DNA of 64,000 nt from Chrysomallon squamiferum (lineage: Eukaryota; Animalia; Mollusca). The notes beneath the pieces were generated by a model that saw only the letters and a program-made list of their open reading frames with translations, searched no databases and was not told the DNA's origin. A program made the translations under genes and the position numbers. Location: positions 44,702,001-44,766,000 of the forward strand of contig CM022665.1 in NCBI GenBank assembly GCA_012295275.1. The letters are read 5' to 3'. The first letter of the stretch is position 1. Each line of letters opens with the position of its first letter. Shown here piece after piece: positions 1 through 13,325 of the stretch.

Positions 1-250
1 ATGTACACATTTATATATGTTATATATGTGTATGCATTTTTTATTTATATATATATATGTGTGTATTTGTGTCTATATCTATATATGCATGAATGCATGT
101 ATGTTTGTATTTATTGTGTGTGTGTGTGTGTGTGTGTTGAAAGCAGTGTTATTTTCATGATGCTGACTAGGATGAAGAACAGAGGCCAGTAATTTTTTTT
201 TTCTTCTTAGTCACCTACGTCCTAGAACTCCAATGATTAACGCACTTTGC

Positions 251-308
<58 letters not shown>

Positions 309-628
309 GTCTCTCTCTGTGTATGTATCCATGTACGTATGTTTGTGTATGTTTTTATGTATATGTTTATTTAAATATTTGTGTGTGTGTACGTGTGTGT
401 GTGTGTATGCCTGTGTGTGTGTGTGTGTGTTTATACGTATGCAGTACTAGTTCACTGCATGTATCTCTGTATGGATGTATTGTAGACAGGTACATACGGA
501 CTGATGTTGATCTTTGAATCTCTGGAAATCAAAATTGTAATTGGCGAGATAACGTAGACAAAAGCAAATAAAAATTAATTAGAAAGTAAAAACAGTCACA
601 TATATAAAACCTAAAGTCTACTTTAGCC

Positions 629-660
<32 letters not shown>

Positions 661-991
661 AACACTTTTAATGATACAAAATTTGTTTGGTTTAGAAAAA
701 TCAATTTAAGGTGGTATTGTTTGAAACGTACGCTTTAAAATATTGTATGCATGAGACAATAAGTACGAATATATCAAACTAATCTCTCTCTCTTTCTCTC
801 TCTTTTTTCGGTCTGTCTGTTTGTCTGTCTCTCTATTTCTAATTGTTTATACATTATATTCGCATTTCATTTCCAATATTAAAAAAAATTAATAAAAAAT
901 ATTAATAATAATATAATCAAACATGTCATGATTAAATTTTTTTTTTATAATTATCTTCTTCTTTTTATACATAATTATACAAGTCAGTTTC

Positions 992-1022
<31 letters not shown>

Positions 1023-1493
1023 TAATAACAGAAATTTTTAAAAACTGTGAACAGAACGGATCAATATTTGTTTAACAGCACATCATTTTAAGTGTAAAGA
1101 ATTTCGTTTTTTTAATCATCGAATCAAAGACAACTGCTGCAAGACGGTGCATTGGTATTGTTGGCGCAGCTTCGCAGACAAAAGAGAAATTATGGTTTTG
1201 AAAGAAAGGTCGCGTCAACGTAAAAAAAAAAAAAAAAAAATTGAAGTGTATCGATCCTAGGACCTGCTGCACTTAACATATTCACCAAACACATATTAAA
1301 ATATGTTTGTATTTTTAGAAACTTTCCCTATTACTTATTTTGAAAGAAATTTTGAGATATGCATCCAGTTGGTAGTATCTGTTGATGCGTTACCTTCACT
1401 ACTGTAGCCTTCGTCTTTTTTTATACTAAATATTTGTAGTACGTACTTTCTTAACAAATGGAAGAGCATCTAAGACAAATATGTTTCAATCAG

Positions 1494-1566
<73 letters not shown>

Positions 1567-2402
1567 GCCATTGCCTATCATTGACAAAAAGTTACAAACG
1601 CTTAATCGCTACTTACGTTGATTACTGAATTTATTAAATATCTGTTCAACAGCTTCTCGTTATATTCTGATACTGGCGGTTTTTTAGATGTTTTTATTGT
1701 TATTATTAGTTTTTATAATTATTATAAACTGAAAAGAGGAAACACGCTATTGCCTTCATACTGAGTTTGCTGATAAAGAAAGGAATTTTATATAGAAAGG
1801 AAGGCGTATTCCAAGACCGTTTATGAATAGTATGCGAACAGCCCAAAAGAGAGGAATAATTCCGCAGACAATAAATGGAGTATCAAGGCAGCACTGGAAC
1901 TATTGCACAGTGGTTCAGATACGGATAGATATGTGGTGTCATAAATAGCAATACATAATGTTTTAGATAATGCCAATTTCAATGTGTTCGTGTATATTTG
2001 TCTGGGCTCTCTCTCTCTCTCTCTGTAAAGATATTTAAAATTATAATATTTCCATCAATAGCCAAAACAAAAACAAAAAAAAGAAAAAGAAATAAGAAAA
2101 CTGAATGTTTATCAAATAACATTGGCATCCTGGACATTCTAGAACTCTTTGTTGGGACTCTTACGTCAGCTTAAGAACGATTGTGATTTTGTAATGTGCA
2201 CTAAGCTAGCATTAATTCAGCATTAATGTAATATTTTTAAAGCTGGCTCCGTGAAGGAAATCGATTACAGGTTATTGACGAAATCAGAAGATATAATCAA
2301 AGTCTCGTTTCTCATCTAAAAATAAAATGGAAAGAAAATAATGGTTAAAAAGTGAACTGAGATTAGCGTGGAGAAAAAGAGATAATAATAATAATGATGA
2401 TG

Positions 2403-2452
<50 letters not shown>

Positions 2453-2684
2453 GTATCAAATGGTAGTTTTAAGCTTATGTGGAACTGAAACTTGTTATTA
2501 CTTCTAAATCTTATAACTAAATGGACTTTATAATATTATTACGACAAATAACTGGTTTCTACTCTTTTTAAAGTGTGATAAAATCTTTTATATTAAAATA
2601 GTTGTTCAAATGTTTTATTTATTTATCTATTTATTTATTTACTTATTATTAAACTAGGTTTAGATAAAAGGAGATTAAAATAAT

Positions 2685-2716
<32 letters not shown>

Positions 2717-3184
2717 TAACAGGTAATATTTTTAAATACATATATAAAAATAAGTTAATATGCTTAGAAGTAGGTTCAGGTTAAATACTGAAATATATTA
2801 TCAAAGCTGTTTAAAGTCGAGGATTTTAAGATAACGGTATTCAAGAAGGGAATTAATACTGTCATACAATATAAAATGTGAAAAGCTACGATGTCTGGTG
2901 AAAAATAGTAATTACAAATCAAAACGACATCTTTGTTTTAGCGTCGTTATTAAAGGACATAATGGATGTTGTTAACAGACTTTTATTTTATTTTACTTTT
3001 AATATTATCTGAGGAAAAAAAAAAAAAAAAAACCCATCACATACCCATACATATTCAGAAACATGCAGAAACATCAAGGCATACACTCTCATTAAAACAC
3101 AGAAAAAAAGTAATAAATCGATTGTGTTCGTATTATCGGCCAATTAGCACGTTATTTACTTTTGTCACTTCATCACGTACTTAC

Positions 3185-3300
3185 CCGAACGTCACCAGAC
3201 CTAAGTGCCGCCAATCATCGTGTCATCTCGCCATTACCGTACGTTACCGATCATACACGCGAACAACGTATTTACAACCGGGATTACAAACCAAACGACA
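3185..3300 (-). other. Candidate non-coding first exon of a minus-strand gene lying left of the window
   Basis: CpG-rich patch in AT-rich surroundings with a consensus donor CGG|GTAAGT at 3185/3184; no open frame from its ATGs reaches the donor. The 5' boundary is approximate. Confidence 0.3.
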
Positions 3301-5039
3301 TGGTGGATTCGTTGTTTGTTAACTGTGTGTGTGTAAACATACATATTAATTTTGTCGGCAAACATGCTGTCATATTGCCGTTCATAGATCGTTGCAGTTC
3401 TTTAATTACTGAAATTTAATTCCGTATGCTGGTGTGTTTTTAAGTTAAAAAAAAAAAAAAAAAAAAGCATAAAAAAAAAAACAGGTTTAGAATTAATAAT
3501 TATAATATAGAATAATTATATTTATTAATTAAGATTAATTTTTTTTTGTTGTTGAAATTAATAAAAATTAAAAAGGTATAACTCATTATGCCTTTTCAGT
3601 TTTCTTTTTATTTATTATTTATCAATAATATACACAAGTGTTATTTTTTTTAATTATTGTTACACGTTTGTTCATAAACTACAAATATAAAAAAAATTCA
3701 GTATTTGAATTGATATTAAAATACCATCTCAATGTAGCATCCCTCATATAATAATAATAATAAAATAATAATAATAATAAAATGATAGCATTTTAAACAT
3801 TCTACTTCAAAACATAATTTAAAAACAAAAAAACAACATTTATGTTAAAAAGTAATTATATATTACTGCCAAACTTTACTAGACAGAAATTATTAAAAAC
3901 ACACACACACAAAATATAAATAATAATAATTGTTATTCAATTCTTAATACAAATTCTCTATACTAACAAACAAATAAATATATTTAGAAAAACAAATATT
4001 AACGGAAATATTTTACAATGGTACATAAATGAATATCAAAACTATACTAATATTTTACATTCATATCAAAATAATCATTAAAAAATTTACACTAAATTTG
4101 GGGCCCACTAATGAATAAAACAATGATTAACAGATAATTTTGTAATTTTTATATATAATTTTTTTTTTTTTTCAGTACAAACACATTTAGGAATTTCATG
4201 AAAATTAATTAAACCATAACAGTAATCTTAACATTGATTTGTTATCTTTAATATTAAACAAACAGTATTTTTTAACTGAACATGGAAGATTATTTTAATT
4301 AGTTTTCTGGTAACAGATTTTTATCTATATAACAGTTTTGCTATGATTTTAATTAGATTTACAGTTTTATCTATATTGCCTTTTACAGTAATTCAAACTT
4401 TAGAATATATTTTAAAAATGTTTCTAGTTATTCACACACTGTACATGAATATTGTTTAAAAACCAAACAAAAAAACCCCATTGATTTCATAAAATCTTTC
4501 ATATTGCTAACAGCTAACCATGACCAAATGTTTCTTCCTTAAAATATTGTATAAAAGTCCCTCAAATAATAATAATTATATAAAAACCTCTGAACAATTA
4601 CTATATGCTCATGAAAGTAACGTTTCTGATAAAATTTTGAAAGCCTTTAGACAACCAACAGATACAATATTTAAAAAAGAAAAACGATCATAAACTTTTA
4701 AAAGTACAATTTGTAAAATATACACACAGACCAGAGTTTGTGTCCTGAGAATACAGAAAGAGAATATACAAGTTGGTCTGTTGATGTCATAAAGGGCACA
4801 TGGCCATCATGAAATCCTTTGTTACTTCCATCCCCAGCAACAAACAAGGTACAGTTTATGCAGGAATACAACAACTTGTTCATGGCAAGGTAGGAGAATA
4901 TTTCTTCACTGATACTTGTATTTTTGCTTGAATGTTATTTTTTCTTTATTTTAAGTTTGTTTCACATTTTGTCAGTTTGCTTGTGCAGTTTATTAAATAA
5001 AAAACTTCAAACAATCTGTTTAAAGTCTTCTTTGAGTAA

Positions 5040-5571
5040 ACTGATGTGGTCAGATATGTTGATAAAGCGTTATTTTCCAACAGTTAATTCAACTCGTCAA
5101 AGCCCTGATGCAGTCAGATTAATCAAGATATGTCATTTTTCCAATTACAGCTTCTTCAAGACTATGGCTGCCAAAAGATTCCAAGTGAGACCACACACAC
5201 TGACAACACATTATTTAACAACTTTCATCAGATTTATCAACATGTATCATTTTAAGTACTTCTTGAAAACTGTGGCTGCTAATTTAGATACTGATAAAGA
5301 GTTATTTTTCAAAAAAGAAGTTTAGTAATTGCTCCCAGCCCTGATGCAGCCAGATTTTTGAAGATACATTATTTTCCAACCCTTATTCTGATAACCTGTT
5401 GAAGACAAAGATACCTGAAGATGCCAAACACAATTAATTGCTCTAAGCTCTGATTCTACCAGATTCATCAAGATGCATTTATTTTCCAGTAATTACAAGA
5501 CTGATGACATCTTTGAGCCAATGGCTGCCACAAGTTTCTTTCTGTGTGTGACATGTTGCGGAATGAAACTT
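5040..5571 (-). repeat. Degenerate tandem copies of the STOML1 C-terminal coding end and stop, in the 3' UTR
   Basis: Motifs TTATTTTCCAA, CTTCTTCAAG..ATGGCTGC and CCCTGATGC of the last exon (5572-5640) recur near 5070-5172, 5257-5400 and 5440-5532. Confidence 0.7.
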
Positions 5572-6166
5572 TTATTTTCCAACAATCAGTTTGATGACTT
5601 CTTCAAGTCTCATGGCTGCTGCCAGGTCCCCTGATGCCTGCAGCTGACCGCTCATGTACGCCTGTAGTGGCTTCATGTCTCCAGAAAACATCCTCTGGAG
5701 ATCACCTGACGACATCTTCAGAGTGACGTCTGCTTCACCTGGCACACGACCTTCTCCACTGCTACCTTTACCTGGGTAAATTAATTACACATTAAAAACT
5801 ATTAATTAGTTTTAGAATAAATAAATAAATAAATAAATAAATATGAAGTCATTCACTATCTTTTGGAATATATAGTTTCATGGAACGATTTTTGAAGGAT
5901 TATATTTACTATGATTTAAAATAATAATAATAATAATAAAATCTTACCTAGGTAAATTACACATTAAAAACTATTAATTAATTTTAGAATAAATAAATAA
6001 ATAAATAAATAAATAAATATGTATATATATGTATGTATATATATATACATTTTTATTAGTTATTAGTTATTTACTATGATTTAAAATAATAATAATAACA
6101 ATAATAATAAAATCTTACCTAGGTAAATTACACATAAAATTATTAATTAATTTTAGAATAAATAAA

Positions 6167-6208
<42 letters not shown>

Positions 6209-6324
6209 TTTAAATTGGTATTAATTCATTCACTATCTTCTGGAATATATAGTTTCATGGAACAATTTTTGAAGGATTATTTATAAGCACAAATGTAGCA
6301 TTAAATAATATTTATTATGATTTT

Positions 6325-6356
<32 letters not shown>

Positions 6357-7252
6357 TAATAATAATAAAAATAATAATAAACCTAAAATTTTGGATAACT
6401 TAACATCATTACTGATATTTTATTATTATCCAAATTTTTTTCATTACATTCCTCTTCATATGAATTTAGATTCTGCTCATCAACATCTCCTACCAACAAC
6501 TGCCTAACAGAAGCAGGAAAAACCCACTCACCAATTCTCTTTGATCAGAAATGAAACCCTGAACAGCAATAATCACATCCAGACTGTACTGATCCACAGA
6601 CCCAAATCTTCCAGCATCTGTTTCAAAACCAGGAAAAACTCACCAATTTTCTTTGATCAGAAATGAAACCCTGAACAGCAATAATCACATCCAGACTATA
6701 CTGATCCGCAGACCCACAATCTTCCAGCATCTTATTCAAAGACACCGACGGAGATAAAGCAATAATAATTATAATAATAATAATAATAAATTAACCTGAT
6801 TTCAAGTCCAAGTAGTAAAGGCCGCCTCCCGGCCCAGTCACCTCAAACTGGTAGGACGCTGCGACTTTGTGGACCACATTTTCACTGAGGACTGCTTGAG
6901 CTGCCTGTAGGATATCTTTAGGACTCAGCGTGGGCCTGTCGTCCTGCTCAGAGTGCTCAGAGTGCTCAGAGACGACGGTGGTGAGTAGATCTGGTTGAGG
7001 TTCGCTCTGTTCTGTCGCCGATGGAGCAGTCTGACCTGGAGAATTACAGTGAAAACTGACGGTGAAAATTAATGTGTTACGGATATTTATGTATGTATTA
7101 TCTTAAAGTCAAATGAAAATGAAAATGTATTGATATGGTATAATAATAATAATGATTATAATAAGAATAATGATGGTGGTGTTGATGGTGTGATGATGAT
7201 GATGATGATGACACTGGTGGTGGTTGTGGCTGTGGTAGTGATGATGATGATG

Positions 7253-7284
<32 letters not shown>

Positions 7285-8114
7285 TATGATTATGATGATG
7301 ATTATGATGATGATAATAAATAAATCTAGCCTCATCAGGGCATGGAGCAAATATTAAATCCATTTTTGAAAATAAATCATTATCAATATGCTGTATCTGT
7401 TATACTGAATAATATACTTATATTAAGGTCCATTTAAATCTGTTATCACCATCTTTTACTTGCCTGAAATGATAAACTTAAGTTACTCTAAAGTTAAATT
7501 TATTGCCAGATGAAGTAAGTTAATCAGAACTTCACAGAAATTGACAAAACTCCCCAAAATACTGACAGAAAATCTATATTCTAAACTAAAAAAAAACAAA
7601 AATAAAAACAATACACGTATATAATTCATGCCTCCATTTTTTGACGACTTACTCAGTACACTTAATGTTCAAGAAGAAGCAGAGCAGTTTCTGGAATAGG
7701 AAAAATAGAACCACTCACCCTGTGCAGTCATGAATGCTGTGGCTAGTTGCTGAAAGGCAGGAGGCAGCTGGGTGGGACCCATGTTTGACAGTCCTGGGGG
7801 GAACATGACGGTAGGGGGAGCCTTTGGTTGAGGACCTTGTAACACTTTTATCTGTGAACTGTAACAAGATAACAAATATTTAGTGTAACATTAATAATGA
7901 AAATAATAATATAAATAATGTATAAATAATGTACAAATTGATGATGAGGATGATATTATTATTATTATCATTATTATTAAATTTAATAATGTTAAACATT
8001 ATAAAATAAATAATAGTAACAATAATAATAATAAATTAATAATAATAATAATAATAATAATATATATAATTATAATAAAAATATAATTAATAATATAATA
8101 ATAATATAATAATA

Positions 8115-8152
<38 letters not shown>

Positions 8153-11100
8153 TAATTAATAATACTACTACTAATAACAATAAGATTTAAATTAATAAGA
8201 ATAATTATAAAAATAAAATTAACAACAACAACATCAACAATAACAATAAAAAAATATAGAAGAAAAAACCCTGCAATAATTGGTTTGAATCACATGGAAT
8301 TAGTATAAAAACTGTTATTAACTTACAGTTTATTCCTAATTAACACACAACTTACACTTCCACTCTGCAGATCTCAATTCCCCATTCATTGGCAGCTGTG
8401 TTGCTTGCTTGCTGTAAAGTTTATACAAATAAAATTTAAATAAATAAATAAATATAGTGTTTAACTTTTTATTTGTAAATGCCACACTAAATTCAGAAAT
8501 ATTTGTTAATAATGCCATATATAAATATAGCATATGTTATTCAGTATATTTTGTTAATATTGACATATACAAATATACCATGTATTCAATATCTTTTATT
8601 TATAATACCCATTATATATATATATATACACACCATATTATATTCATTATATTTTTAATAATAATACCATATAATTAACCATAGATTTAACAACTGTCTC
8701 TCTATATGACACACCCACCAAATGCTGAATTTAAACAATAAATTAATTATTTCATGTTATTTTCCCTTAATAAAACTTTTTTTTTTTTTTTTTTTTCCCT
8801 TTTATTTTTGACTACTAAAACAACACCTGAACTGTACTTGATATAGCAGACAAACGTCACTCAAAATCACAGAGAATGACATGTAATTTTACACATCACA
8901 CACACACACACATACAATACATTTTTACTTGTTATTATTCAATATACCTGAACAGTACTGGAAATCACAGCTCTCTGGCCCTCGATTTCGCCGAGTGATT
9001 TCTGAACGAGCAGGTTCACTAAACACGTCTGCACCAGTTGTCGAGTAGACTGGTCCAGATTCTGCACACTGATCACCGACTTCTGCACATCGCTCACTTG
9101 ACAGTACACGTCTGCTCCCACTTCTATCACAGCGCCATCTGTTGTGAGAAGCTGAAAAATGGAGTAAATAATGGTTCAGCCATGGCAGAGGATGTTTTAA
9201 GATTAAATTATCAGATGTTTGACCCATATCTGGTAAAAAAAAACCCCAAAAACCTGGTATGGGAATTCTATGACCCATGTCTGGTAAAAAAAAAACCACC
9301 CAAAATCTGGTGTTGGAATTCTAGAGTATAAAAGATGTTTTATTATTTATGTTTAATTTTTTGATGACAGAATTGAATAGAACTGATATACAAGAAAGTG
9401 AATCTCTCTTATAAATATAAACTGATGAAGTTTGATCTCTGAAATGTTTTATTTCAGTATAAGATTTATCAATGGTTGTTACATACTGAATATATCACAA
9501 GATAAAAAATATTAGACTTTAACATTGTTAAAATCTAAGAAATATGATTTATTTAAGTAACAGATAAAGAAAACTATTTATACAGGACAAAAAATATATG
9601 TCTTCAGTATGTTTAAACTCTAAGAAATATGATTTATTTAAGTCACAAACAAACAGAAATATTTATACATGACAAAAAATATACATCTTCAAAATGTTTA
9701 AGCTCTAAGAAATATTTAAATAACAAATAAAGAAATCTATTTATACAGGACAAAAAATATATGTCTTCAATATATATATAAATTCTGAGAAATATTTAAA
9801 TAACAAATAAAGACAACTGTTTACCTGTTTCGGGGGGACATTAAATGCTTTAATTCTGACATCAACCTTATGGAATCTGTCAACATATGGGAGAACAAAC
9901 ACCATACCTGAAAACCAGAATAAAAACAAAATGAAGAAATAGATTTTCGTCATCACTTTGGACAGATTATTATTAACTGCAGCTATGTATAATTACTGAG
10001 TTATTTCCCTTCCCATCCACCATTATATGACTATGACTATACTTCTTGTTCAAGGGAAAACATAAAAATCCATCGTTGTTAACTAAAGATATCACTACTA
10101 TTAATGTGTTTTTTTTTTGTTAATTTTTATTATTAATGTTATTATTTATTTATTTATTATTATTGTTCTTGTTATTGTTATTCTCTTCTTATTATTATTA
10201 TTATTATTTATTTTAAGACAACTTATTTTTGTTTTTTATTTTTAAAGTCATTTTTTTTTTTGACTGCATTTTGTGAAGAAAATTTATCTATAAAAATTTA
10301 ATTTAAAATTTTTTTAAAAATCAATAATTATTTTCCTAGATTATTATTACAACCATTATTATTATTATTTTATTACATTTTTTTTTGCAATTTAAAAATT
10401 TTTTAACAAAATTTTTAAAAATATTTCATTTTGTGAAGAAAATTATTCACATTTTTACCTCCTTTTGTTCCAACAATTAAAAACACAAAGAATAAATAAT
10501 CCAAAAAATTTACAAAATTTAAAAAAAAAATAAACACAATTAGAATTTCACATGTTTTCAAACTTAACACGATTAAAAAAACACAAAAATAAAAATGACA
10601 TTTAAAAATTTTGGATAATGTTGTTTTTTAAAATATATATGTATTATCATTTTAAATATTGTCTTATAAACAGCGAATAAAAATGGAGTATAACAGGTTA
10701 ATGATTTGTTTTTAATCTGTAATAATTCATGAGCACTGAAAAAGAAGATAAATAGCAATTTTGTGAGTGCATTATCAGCCAATTATATGATTGCCAAACT
10801 TTATTAATAGCAGAAACTGATTATTATGAACAAAATTCTCATAAGTTGTTTGTTCCTATAACCATATATATAGTTAAAAAATAAAAAAATAAAAAAATAA
10901 AAATAAAATAAAAAAATAATAATAACAAATAAATAAAAAAAAAAAAAATAATAATAACAAAATAATAAAAAAAAAAAAATAAAAAAAATAAAAATATAAT
11001 AATAAAAAATAAAACAAAATAAAATAAAATAAAACAAAACAAAAAGGTAAAAAATAAAATAATTATTTCAAAGATCACAAACAATATTTAATCCCTATGT

Positions 11101-11400
11101 TAGAACATAATTCGTGTATTTTAAGTACAGTTTACTTAATAAAAACTAAATACCTTAAAACTGAACCAGACAGAGACAGGTAGAGTGAGAACATACAGCA
11201 AGAAGCAGGTGATTATTACAACAAAATGGCAGACGCGACCAATCAGAGGTGAATATTCTGTAATAGAAAAAATATATAAATATATAAATATATATTAACT
11301 CAACACAGGAATCAATATTTTAAATAATATATGACATTAAAAAAAAAAAAAAAAAAACATTAAAATATTAAAGACTTTATTTGTACTGGATTAAACTTGT

Positions 11401-11436
<36 letters not shown>

Positions 11437-11926
11437 AGATTAATCTGGGTATAAATAAACAAAACAAAAAAGTAACAAAACAACAACAACAACAACAACC
11501 AAAAAAAAACATGGGATAAAAAGAAAAAGAAAATAAAAGAAAAAGGAATACTTTTATCACAGAATTCTAAAACATTAAAATGAATATTTAAATGTATTTG
11601 AAAAGAAAGAAATACATGTACATACACTTAGCATACACTGTCACATCTACATGTTTTTATCTGGTTATCTCTGTATGCATTCTTTCAAAACAAATTATCT
11701 ATAAAATACCTATAAAATGAACATCTGAAGCTGATGTAAAACTGATAGGTGATGAGTAGGTGAAGGCAGACTTGTATTTGTGGTTGGGATTGTTATCATA
11801 GGTGAAGACAGACTTGTAATTGTGGTTGGGATTGTTATCATAGGTGAAGACAGACTTGAAGTCAAAGGCTGATTCCTCTGTCTCTTCAGGATCATTTGTT
11901 GGTAATCTGGTGTACTTGACTGACAT
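5572..11926 (-). CDS. STOML1: Stomatin-like protein 1 (N-terminal YxxL, membrane hairpin, SPFH/band-7 domain, C-terminal SCP2 sterol-carrier domain); multi-exon
   Basis: GT-AG exons: 11926-11710 (MSVKYTRL...), 11257-11154 (EYSPLIGRVCHFVVIITCFLLYVLTLPVSVWFSFK), [unresolved exon near 10458-10520], 9907-9825 (GMVFVLPYVDRFHKVDVRIKAFNVPPKQ), 9151-8948 (LLTTDGAVIEVGADV...), 8411-8356 (QASNTAANEWGIEICRVEV), 7858-7719, 7035-6796 (...AASYQFEVTGPGGGLYYLDLKSG), 5771-5572 (...ADVTLKMSSGDLQRMFSGDMKPLQAYMSGQLQASGDLAAAMRLEEVIKLIVGK*). Phases are consistent except across the missing exon. SPFH+SCP2 with the P-x-x-AYMSG-x-L motif is the STOML1/UNC-24 architecture. Confidence 0.93.
5765..6290. repeat. About 170-bp intronic tandem repeat (3 copies) containing the last-exon acceptor
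   Basis: TTACCT(G/A)GGTAAATTA...CACATTAAAAACTATTAATTA.TTTTAGAATAAATAAAT at about 5768, 5944 and 6115; ATTCACTATC..TGGAATATATAGTTTCATGGAAC at about 5851 and 6227. Confidence 0.85.
6510..6740. repeat. About 115-bp direct repeat, 2 copies
   Basis: ACTCACCAATT.TCTTTGATCAGAAATGAAACCCTGAACAGCAATAATCACATCCAGACT.TACTGATCC starts at about 6526 and 6638. Confidence 0.9.
9530..9824. repeat. About 85-bp intronic tandem repeat (3-4 copies) abutting a STOML1 donor
   Basis: TAAGAAATAT...TTTATACAGGACAAAAAATATATGTCTTCA recurs at about 9536, 9621, 9706 and partially 9786. Confidence 0.8.
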
Positions 11927-12860
11927 CCTGGCACTTAAACTTCAAACATTTCCTTCTGAAAATTAGTATTTGTTTAATAACATCTCAGCATATTTTAACA
12001 TTCATATTTACTGTCTGGTATAATGATGATAAAGGCATAACATTTGTTGCTATATTCTCATTACCTACTAACATTTTAGTTAGAGATATTTAATATGCAG
12101 CCTCTTGATAATATGACACATCCTAATAGTAATACTCTAACTACTGGGCCATAAGTATAGTTCTACTTCTGGCATTGTTGGCATTTATAAATATTTTAAG
12201 GTCAATAATATCTTGTTTAGGTCTACGCCTTGTCAAAAAAAGGTTTTACTAGACACCTTACTACAATGTACTATTCTGATTCTACTGCAAACATAAAAAG
12301 GATGTAAAATTACGATACAGGACAACAATTTATTTAAGCACTGTCGTGAGTGAAGTTTGTCAAATCAACCAATTTTCCTTTCTTCATTCTAATGAAAATA
12401 AAATATTTACGATAAATAAAATAATCTAATGTTATTAGTATATCATTTAATTTTAAAAACTTACTGTAAAAATGTGAAAGAAACCTGAATTTTCTTTAAC
12501 TCTGAAACGTGAATCAAAAGGTAAAAAGATGAAAGTAATTTATAAACTGTTAATCATTGCAGCTGTTACTTACAGAAAAAGTGCCAAGAATATTTATACT
12601 TAATATTTATATGAAATTACTCTAAAGTTTGAACTGCAATTATATTTTAAAAACCGAGAAACTAATCATTTCGCAATATTTAGTTTTTATTTCTGCGTAA
12701 TGGGGGACAACTCTAAATAACTATTTTTTCATTCGTAAATTCCTCCTTTCGATAATTAGGCACGATGAAAGTGTTTTATATTTATATATATTCATATATA
12801 AACCAGTTCAGGTAATTGTGTTTAATGATGACACAGACTATTAATTGTAGTAGTTTGATA

Positions 12861-12912
<52 letters not shown>

Positions 12913-13290
12913 TTAAATTGTTTTTTGTTTTTAAATACAAAATGAAAATCTATTTCTGAATTTAAAATGATTCGGTAATTGTTATAGCCCCTTGCTTTTT
13001 AATGTGCTCGCTCACAGTATAATTATATCTGAAAAGAAGAAGATAAAAAAGGTAATATATTGCTTAACGTAGCACAGAAACCTACCATAAATTTTAATAA
13101 ACAACCTTTTTTTCCTTCTTTCTTTTTTATACACCAAAATTTTATCGCATTTCTAGCACCTGCCTTGGCAGATGTTCAAATATTTTAGCATTTAATACCA
13201 AAGCAATAAGTTATTAAAAAAAAATTAAATAAAAAAAAATAATAGGCAATAAGTCCAAATGCTGAACCTTTGAAAAAATATTGTTCCAGA

Positions 13291-13325
<35 letters not shown>

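Noticed and set aside
2966-3419. Plus-strand ORFs of 118 and 85 aa
   Set aside because: No recognisable domain; one runs through a poly-A tract; no convincing splice partners.
4924-5325. 133-aa plus-strand ORF
   Set aside because: Antisense to the STOML1 3' UTR repeats; no family features.
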